64,000 nt of DNA, taken from an archaeon. Its GTDB lineage: Archaea; Micrarchaeota; Micrarchaeia; Anstonellales; Bilamarchaeaceae. The stretch is from assembly GCA_020053355.1 (NCBI GenBank), contig JAGVNI010000016.1:31694-95693 (forward strand), given 5' to 3'. The stretch's first letter is position 1; the number at the start of each line of letters is the position of its first letter. A model generated the notes under the pieces. It was not told the DNA's origin. It searched no databases and was given only the letters and a program-made list of their open reading frames with translations. The translations under genes and the position numbers were made by a program. Shown here in pieces: positions 57,401 through 64,000 of this stretch.

Positions 57401-57898
57401 ATGATTCTTCCAAAACAGCATCTTGAGGAAGCGAAGATATTCGAGGGGCTCCACAGCAGCCAGTACCAGCCGTGCGGGATAGACATAACCCTGAAGGAGG
57501 TCTATAAGTTCAAATCCCCCGGCATGATAGATTTCGACAATCGGGAGCGGAAAATCAGCGACGTGGAGCCGATTCCGTTCGATGGCGGGGAAGCCTCCGA
57601 CCGCGTTTCGCTGCCCCCTGGGGCATACAAGGTCATATTCAACGAATACGTCCGCATACCGAAGAACGTCGCAGGCCTCTGCCTCCCGCGCTCATCCCTC
57701 CTGCGGTGTGGCGTGACGCTCGAGTGCGCGGTTTGGGACCCCGGTTACGAAGGGAGGAGCGAGGCGCTTCTAATCGTCCGGAACGAGCATGGCGTCAATC
57801 TTAAGAAGAACGCGAAAATAGGCCAGATGATATTCATCCGCCTTGCCGAAGATGCTAAAACGCTTTATTCCGGACAATACAACGGGGAAAACAAGTAA
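57401..57898 (+). CDS. dut: Archaeal trimeric dUTPase (dCTP deaminase/dUTPase family)
   Basis: QPCGIDITL, PRSSLLRCG, WDPGYEGRSE, IGQMIF, YSGQY. Confidence 0.85.
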   Translation: MILPKQHLEEAKIFEGLHSSQYQPCGIDITLKEVYKFKSPGMIDFDNRERKISDVEPIPFDGGEASDRVSLPPGAYKVIFNEYVRIPKNVAGLCLPRSSLLRCGVTLECAVWDPGYEGRSEALLIVRNEHGVNLKKNAKIGQMIFIRLAEDAKTLYSGQYNGENK

Positions 57899-57908
57899 GT
57901 GGCCGGAG

Positions 57909-59216
57909 TCATTTTTTCAGGAACTTGTCTATGGCATCTTCAAGGCTTCCGGACCTTTCCTTGATGGCGAAGTCCACGTGCAGGATTGGAATCTTGACTT
58001 TCAGGAGCCCGGCGATGTCTATCGGCGTCCCTGCTATAATGACCTCCGCGCCGCTCCGGTCAATGGTTTCGGCCAGGTCCCTTAGCTGCTTCTCATAATA
58101 CCCCATCGAAGGGAGGACGCTGCCGATATGCTCGAATTTCGCGTATACCTCCTTGATGCTTCCGACGGCAAACGGTCTCGGGTCGATGACATCCGCCCCC
58201 ATCCTCGCGGCATACTCGAAGCCGGCCCCGAACTTCATCCCGCCATGCGTGACCGTCGGGCCGTCCTCTATCACAATCGCCTTCTTTCCGAAAATCTCCA
58301 TCTTCTTTGACGGGATTAGGTCCATGTCCGTCTCGATGACCGTGGCCTTGGGGTTGGCCTTCTCGATATTCTTCTGAATCCTTTTAACGTCCATCGGGTT
58401 CTCGCTGACCTTGTTAATCACGATGACCTGCGCGGCGCGGAAGTTGGTCTCTCCCGGATAATACCACATCTCGTGGCCCGGGCGAAGCGAATCAGCTATG
58501 ACAATAAGCAAATCCGGCTTGATGAACGACATGTCGTTGTTGCCGCCGTCCCAGATGATGATGTCCGCTTCCTTCTCAGCCTGCCGCAGTATCTCGCCGT
58601 AATCGATGCCTGCATAAACGATGTTCCCGTCCCGGATATGCGGCTGGTACTCTTCCCTCTCCTCGATTGTGCATTCCTGCGCATCCAGGTCCGCCATCGT
58701 GGCGAACCTCTGCACCTTTTGCTTGGTCAAATCCCCGTAAGGCATCGGGTGCCGGATTACCACGAACTTTTTTCCCATCTTTTTGAGGATTTTCGTCAAT
58801 GTCCTCGATAGCGCGCTTTTTCCGGCGCCGGTCCGGACCGCGGTCACTGCCACCACTTTCTTCGAGCTTTTCAGCATCGTTTCCCTCGGGCCAAGGAGCA
58901 CGAAGCTCGCCCCCTTCGCCTGGGCGCGGGAAGCCAGGTGCATCACGTACTCATGCGCCACGTCCGAATACGAGAAATACACCTCGTCGATGAAGTGCTT
59001 GTCGATGAGCGTTTCCATGTCCTTTTCCTCGAAAATCGGAATCCCCTTGGGGTACAGTTTTCCGGCCAGTTCGGCCGGATATCTCCGGTTCGCTATGTTC
59101 GGAATCTGCGTCGCAGTGAAACCAACGACATTGTAATCCGGATTGTCGCGGAAGAACATGTTGAAATTATGGAAATCCCTGCCGGCAGCGCCAAGAATGA
59201 GCACAGTTCTCTTCAT
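57909..59216 (-). CDS. arcE: COG2403 'GTPase'/cDPG-synthetase-like protein, probable arginine synthetase
   Basis: GAAGRDFHNFN, FTATQIP, RTGAGKS, RHPMPYG, TIEEREEY, WDGGNND, EDGPTVTHG; adjacent to carbamate kinase. Confidence 0.75.
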   Translation of the reverse strand: MKRTVLILGAAGRDFHNFNMFFRDNPDYNVVGFTATQIPNIANRRYPAELAGKLYPKGIPIFEEKDMETLIDKHFIDEVYFSYSDVAHEYVMHLASRAQAKGASFVLLGPRETMLKSSKKVVAVTAVRTGAGKSALSRTLTKILKKMGKKFVVIRHPMPYGDLTKQKVQRFATMADLDAQECTIEEREEYQPHIRDGNIVYAGIDYGEILRQAEKEADIIIWDGGNNDMSFIKPDLLIVIADSLRPGHEMWYYPGETNFRAAQVIVINKVSENPMDVKRIQKNIEKANPKATVIETDMDLIPSKKMEIFGKKAIVIEDGPTVTHGGMKFGAGFEYAARMGADVIDPRPFAVGSIKEVYAKFEHIGSVLPSMGYYEKQLRDLAETIDRSGAEVIIAGTPIDIAGLLKVKIPILHVDFAIKERSGSLEDAIDKFLKK

Positions 59217-59269
59217 GGCTAGTAGTATATCATATGAATTTTTTATTCTATCCTGCCATTTCCCAGCTT

Positions 59270-60166
59270 ATGCGCATCGTGATAGCTCTTGGCGGAAACG
59301 CCCTGCTCCCGAAAGGGGCAAAAGGCACGGCCGAAGGCCAGCTCGTGGCTGCGAAATCCGCAATCTCGCGGCTGGAATCACTTCTCAAGAAGGACCAGGT
59401 CGTGCTCACACATGGGAACGGCCCCCAGGTGGGCAACCTCCTCATCCAGCAGCAGGCGACTTCCGAGGTGGCCCCGATGCCGCTTGATGTTCTCGATGCC
59501 ATGACGCAGGGGCAGATAGGGTACTTCATCGCCAGCGCAGTATCGATGACAGGCCTGCATTCGGCCACTCTCATCACCCGCGTGGTTGTGGACCCGGAAG
59601 ATGCGGCATTCAAGAATCCCTCAAAACCCATCGGCCCGTTCTATGCCGAGCCGCCCATTGCCCAAAACCCGCAACCCGGAACCCGCTATTCCATGGACGC
59701 AGGCCGGGGCTACCGCCTGTTTGTCGCATCCCCGGAGCCGCTGAAAATACGCGAGCATGACGCCATCAGCGTCCTGCTGGATAACGGATTCGTGGTCATC
59801 GCGGTGGGCGGGGGCGGAATCCCGATATCCGCTCACGGCGGCGGCCTTGAAGCCGTGATTGACAAGGACAGGGCGACATCCCTTCTTGCCAGCGAGATAA
59901 ACGCCGACCTGCTCGTATTTGTCACCTCTGTCGATGCAGCGTACCTTGATTTTGGCAAGACAAGCCAGAAAGCGCTCCGCGCACTCTCCGCAAAAGACGC
60001 TGCGGGCCATGTGGCTGCCGGCCATTTCGCCGAAGGCAGCATGAAGCCGAAAGTCGAGGCTGCGCTCAGGTTCCTGCAAGGCGGCGGGAAGAGGGTCGTC
60101 ATCTGCGCCATCGAGGAAATCGAAGCCGCGCTTTCGGGCCAGGCGGGCACGACCATATCCCCATGA
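59270..60166 (+). CDS. arcC: Carbamate kinase
   Basis: IALGGNAL, THGNGPQVG, PSKPIGPFY, GGGGIP, EAVIDKD, GSMKPKV. Confidence 0.95.
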   Translation: MRIVIALGGNALLPKGAKGTAEGQLVAAKSAISRLESLLKKDQVVLTHGNGPQVGNLLIQQQATSEVAPMPLDVLDAMTQGQIGYFIASAVSMTGLHSATLITRVVVDPEDAAFKNPSKPIGPFYAEPPIAQNPQPGTRYSMDAGRGYRLFVASPEPLKIREHDAISVLLDNGFVVIAVGGGGIPISAHGGGLEAVIDKDRATSLLASEINADLLVFVTSVDAAYLDFGKTSQKALRALSAKDAAGHVAAGHFAEGSMKPKVEAALRFLQGGGKRVVICAIEEIEAALSGQAGTTISP

Positions 60167-60245
60167 CGCGCGATGACCGAAACCGCGCCTGCAGCATCTG
60201 CGATTTAACCGATGATTATTAATCCCCCAGGGTGAGTTCCCCACC

Positions 60246-60968
60246 ATGGCACAAAATAACCCGCACCTCGCGCCCATGGCTCTCGGGCTCTTCATCATTT
60301 TGCTCCTGGCTGGCTGCACGCAGGAAGGCGGAAGCCAAATCAAGCCTCCGCGCAACCTGACTCCGCAAGACCTTGCGCCTTTTACCCAGGCCGGGTGCCA
60401 GAACGGGTCCGACGGCTTCCTCGATTGCGCAAACGCATCCTTCCGGTCGGATTTCAATTGCTACTCCACCGCGCTTCAAATCATGGGTGACGGGCTTTCC
60501 CTCGAACCATCGATGGTGCTGGCATGGTGTCCGGTCGAAGTCTACAGGAACAACCTGAGCGAGGCCGGGATGAAGGGTTATTTCTACTGCAACGGCGGCA
60601 TGCTGCGCACATGCACGAGCTACGTGGCATGGGACGGCTCGAAATTCGTCCAGATGAAAAACACCGGGGCTCTCGCATCATTTGCAGCTCCCATCTCAAG
60701 CGAAGGGGAAGCCTTGGCGTTCGTGATACTCTCCAAAGACGTGATGGGCGCGGTCGAGCGCGACTCGCAGACCACCCTCGTCGCCAAAGCGCAGAAAAAC
60801 GAAACCGGTTACACCGTCACCGCATACCACTACAACCCATTCGGATGCTACGACAAAGTCGATTACGAGGAAGTGACCTTTTTTGTCTCAACCGAAGGCA
60901 AAATCGAAGAGCTTGGGCGAAAGGTCGCATACACGCGGTACCTTGATTTCTCCATCTGCGTTGACTGA
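60246..60968 (+). CDS. Putative Cys-rich lipoprotein
   Basis: LLLAGC lipobox; multiple Cys residues. Confidence 0.7.
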   Translation: MAQNNPHLAPMALGLFIILLLAGCTQEGGSQIKPPRNLTPQDLAPFTQAGCQNGSDGFLDCANASFRSDFNCYSTALQIMGDGLSLEPSMVLAWCPVEVYRNNLSEAGMKGYFYCNGGMLRTCTSYVAWDGSKFVQMKNTGALASFAAPISSEGEALAFVILSKDVMGAVERDSQTTLVAKAQKNETGYTVTAYHYNPFGCYDKVDYEEVTFFVSTEGKIEELGRKVAYTRYLDFSICVD

Positions 60969-60983
60969 CAATTACGAATTCGA

Positions 60984-61415
60984 TTATACATCGATGATGA
61001 CGACCGCCTTCCAGGCGCCGTCTCTTTCCTCCACCTTGAACTTGTGCCAGCTGACCGCTTTGACATCCACAAGGAGATGGTGCTTTTTCGGGTCGATGCG
61101 CTCGCCCTTCATCACCGCATTCAGCTCCAGGCCCGCCCCTGATTTTGTGAATTTGAGGTCGTATTCCCTGAAAAGCAGCAGTTCGGCATCTTTGAGGAAA
61201 ATCAGCTCTGAGAGGAAATCATGGAGCAGTTTCTCCATGTCCGGGGCATTCAGGACAATCTCCTTTTTCTCTTTTGTTCCGAGTTCCCGCACATCCTGCA
61301 ACTGGGTGCAAGTCATGGCGTTTGCCGAGCTTATGAACATCTCCTCAGGAGTCTTCCCTGTCGCTTCGAACGCAATATCCGCCATTGTCAGGCCTTCAAG
61401 GAACTGGTAAGGCAT
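60984..61415 (-). CDS. Archease
   Basis: YQFLE...ADIAFEATG, VDVKAVSWH, terminal IIDV. Confidence 0.95.
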   Translation of the reverse strand: MPYQFLEGLTMADIAFEATGKTPEEMFISSANAMTCTQLQDVRELGTKEKKEIVLNAPDMEKLLHDFLSELIFLKDAELLLFREYDLKFTKSGAGLELNAVMKGERIDPKKHHLLVDVKAVSWHKFKVEERDGAWKAVVIIDV

Positions 61416-61496
61416 CGAATCACATTTTTTTATCTGCCCTTTCTTATTTACCCTTTTTCGTCGTCCGCAATTAAATCCCGATGTGCCGGGTTCCGT

Positions 61497-62393
61497 TCAG
61501 GGCGCGGAAGCGTATTCGAGCGACCTGACTATGCTTTCTTTGAGCTCCTCCGCGCCTTCCCCTATGAATACCATCTCCGTCTTGTCGCACGCATGCTCTT
61601 CCAGTTCGAACCTCCCCGCGACATAATTCACGAGGAATCCACCCCCGCTCGTCCTGACGAACCCCTTCGCCCGGTAAATCCCGGCCGGAATGGTTTCAAG
61701 CACGCGGATTAAGGAAGCGCGGTCCAGCGCTTTTTCTGACACGAAAACGAAATGCCCAACCCCAACCCGGTGCGTTTTGTGCGGGGTTGCCGGGGCATCG
61801 CGCATGATGCCGAAAAGCGCGGCAGTATCAATCCCGCAGCGCTCGGCCTCGATTACCGCGGCGCGGCCATTCAATCTCTCCACCGCCGTCCTCACAGCCC
61901 CCAGCGCCTCCTTGCCTGCGAGGTCGGCTTTATTGATGATAATCAAGTCTGCAAGCTCAATCTGCTCCCGGCCCGTATGCCCGAGGCTCGGGAATCTCGC
62001 CATCGAGTCCGCATCAACGACCGTCACGATGGAGTCCAGCCGTATCCCGGCGATATTCTCCCTTATGTCATATGCGAGCGCGGCGGGCTCTGCGACTCCG
62101 GTCGTCTCGACGACAATCCATTCCGGCTTCACGGATTCCAGCAGCTCAGCCACGGCGAATCCGAATTCGCCGGAAAGGGAGCAGCACACGCAGCCGCCTG
62201 CAAGCTCTGAAATCGCGATGTTCTTCCCTTGCACGACCTTGCTGTCGATGCTGATTTCGCCGAATTCGTTCATGATTATGGCGAGTTTCATGCCGCTGTC
62301 CTGGGCTATTTTCCGGAGCAGGGTGGTCTTTCCCGCTCCGAGGTAACCGGTGATGATTGTGACCGGGACGCGCAAGCAATCATCCCTTGACAT
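61497..62393 (-). CDS. COG0523/CobW-family metallochaperone GTPase
   Basis: GYLGAGKTT, NEFG, GCVCC, ETTG, NKAD, RAKG. Confidence 0.93.
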   Translation of the reverse strand: MSRDDCLRVPVTIITGYLGAGKTTLLRKIAQDSGMKLAIIMNEFGEISIDSKVVQGKNIAISELAGGCVCCSLSGEFGFAVAELLESVKPEWIVVETTGVAEPAALAYDIRENIAGIRLDSIVTVVDADSMARFPSLGHTGREQIELADLIIINKADLAGKEALGAVRTAVERLNGRAAVIEAERCGIDTAALFGIMRDAPATPHKTHRVGVGHFVFVSEKALDRASLIRVLETIPAGIYRAKGFVRTSGGGFLVNYVAGRFELEEHACDKTEMVFIGEGAEELKESIVRSLEYASAP

Positions 62394-63852
62394 TCCCGAT
62401 GGGAACCAGCTTCACGACCTTTTTCGATATCCCGGCCTGGTGGGTGGCCTCGATGACATCATCGATGTTCTTGTACGCTGCGCCGGCTTCTTCGGCAAGC
62501 CCGGCAAAGGAGCCGGTCTTGACGTATATGCCCCTGCCTTCCATCTCCTTCTGGAGCGTATCGCCACGGTACAGCTGCTTCGCCCTGGTCCTCGACATCG
62601 TCCTTCCCGAGCCGTGCGCGGTCGTGAACCACGTTTCGGCCCCGCTCGCCACCCCGGCAAGCAGGTAGCTGCCGGTTTCCATGCTCCCGCCTATGATGAC
62701 CGGCTGGCCATCGTCGCGGAACCGGGCCGTTAGCTCCTCCCTCCCCGGGCCGTATGCCGCAGTAGCGCCCTTCCTGTGCACAATCAATTCTTTGACCCCG
62801 CCGTCCACCCTGTGCTTCTCAATCGACGCGCGGTTGTGCGATACGTCGTAGACCTGCCTCATGCCGAGCTTCTCGGCATCCTGGCCGAAAACCTCGCTGA
62901 AGACCTCCCGCACGCGGTGGACGATGGTCTGCCGGTTCGCGAAGCTCATGTTCATGGCGCATTTCATGGCTTTGAAGTAACTCTGCCCTTCGGGGGATGT
63001 GAACGGCGCGCAAGCCAGCTCCCTATCAAGTATCTTTATCTTGTACTTGCTTTCCATGACTGAGAGGAACTGGTTCAAATAATCCGTCGCCACCTGGTGG
63101 CCGAAGCCCCTCGAGCCGCAATGGAACATGACGACTATCTGGTCAGGGAATATGCCCCATTTCCTTGCCAGGGCTTCGTCGAAAATGTTCTCCGGCCGCA
63201 CATGCTGTATCTCAAGGTAATGGTTGCCGCTTCCAAGGGTGCCTATCTGGCCCTTGCCCCTTTCGACGGCCTTGTCGCTGACGGCCTTCCCATCCGCCCC
63301 GTCATCCCGCCCGCGGAGTTCTGTCGCCTCAAGGTCATCAGCCCATCCGTATCCGTGCTCCACGCACCATGGGGCGCCCTCATCGATGACCTTGCGGAAG
63401 CCCTGCGCATCCAGTTTCACGAACCCCTTGCTTCCCACCCCTGAAGGGACGCTCTCGAAAAGCTTGTTGACAATCCGTTTCAGGTGGGGCTGGACGTCTT
63501 TTAGGGTCAAATCAGTCCGCAATAGGCGCATGCCGCAGTTGATGTCGAACCCGATGCCGCCAGGCGATATGACCCCGCCATCCTCGATGTCCATGGCCGC
63601 CACCCCGCCGATGGGGAACCCGTATCCGCTGTGTCCATCCGGCATGCAATATGCGTATTTCACGATGCCAGGCAGCGTGGCCACGTTCGTGACCTGGTCA
63701 TAGACCATCCCATCCATCGCATTGATGAGGCTCTCGCTGGCGAATATCCTGGCAGGCACGCGCATCCCCGCCTTGAAATCCGTCCCGATTTCCCATACGT
63801 AATCATTTATCTTCCTGAAACTGGGCTTTTTGAGTTCCCTGTTGAAATCCAT
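62380..63852 (-). CDS. rtcB: RNA-splicing ligase RtcB
   Basis: MPDGHSGYGFPIG, DINCG, GSGNHYLE, HCGSRG, HRKGA, HGSGR, EEA..AYK. Confidence 0.97.
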   Translation of the reverse strand: MDFNRELKKPSFRKINDYVWEIGTDFKAGMRVPARIFASESLINAMDGMVYDQVTNVATLPGIVKYAYCMPDGHSGYGFPIGGVAAMDIEDGGVISPGGIGFDINCGMRLLRTDLTLKDVQPHLKRIVNKLFESVPSGVGSKGFVKLDAQGFRKVIDEGAPWCVEHGYGWADDLEATELRGRDDGADGKAVSDKAVERGKGQIGTLGSGNHYLEIQHVRPENIFDEALARKWGIFPDQIVVMFHCGSRGFGHQVATDYLNQFLSVMESKYKIKILDRELACAPFTSPEGQSYFKAMKCAMNMSFANRQTIVHRVREVFSEVFGQDAEKLGMRQVYDVSHNRASIEKHRVDGGVKELIVHRKGATAAYGPGREELTARFRDDGQPVIIGGSMETGSYLLAGVASGAETWFTTAHGSGRTMSRTRAKQLYRGDTLQKEMEGRGIYVKTGSFAGLAEEAGAAYKNIDDVIEATHQAGISKKVVKLVPIGNVKG

Positions 63853-63935
63853 CGCGGCTCACCCGTTTTTACGAATAAAACAAGCATAGTGGATTGGATA
63901 GATACATAAATTAAGCTTAGCGGGCAATACAAGTC

Positions 63936-64000
63936 ATGCGATTCTACTCAGATGACCTCAGGAAGGAGGCCCGCACAATCACCGCAGGCGGGAAGGGGGC
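63936..64000 (+). CDS. Partial ORF running off the window edge
   Basis: MRFYSDDLRKEARTITAGGKG after an AT-rich divergent promoter. Confidence 0.45.
   Translation, partial: MRFYSDDLRKEARTITAGGKG

Overview
This is a GC-rich archaeal chromosome segment. Evidence: TFB, aIF1A, aIF2-beta, topoisomerase VI A/B, RtcB with archease, an intron-containing tRNA-Asn, C/D-box sRNAs and GGTGA-type ribosome-binding sites. The compact gene content is compatible with a DPANN lineage such as Micrarchaeota, but that is inference only. Housekeeping genes are interspersed with two COG1361 + MacB-type ABC modules. Main points of interest: (1) a ~5.8 kb island bracketed by a duplicated ABC-permease 3' end, carrying a cyclase-less RiPP-like cluster (PqqD/RRE, an unannotated 29-aa YxxP peptide, nucleotidyltransferase, HprK-like kinase, S26-like protein, two glycosyltransferases, SDR); (2) two tandem ~850-aa Cys-rich predicted lipoproteins with lytic-transglycosylase (SLT) motifs, downstream of a 1,589-aa membrane protein; (3) two back-to-back C/D guide RNAs, one predicted to target C34 of tRNA-Leu(CAA); (4) a HicA-fusion/HicB pair, an ArcE-like gene beside carbamate kinase, a COG0523 GTPase between rtcB and archease, and several small ORFs missing from the ORF track. 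No CRISPR array, rRNA, integrase or transposase was recognised. All calls come from motif recognition by eye; no searches were run.
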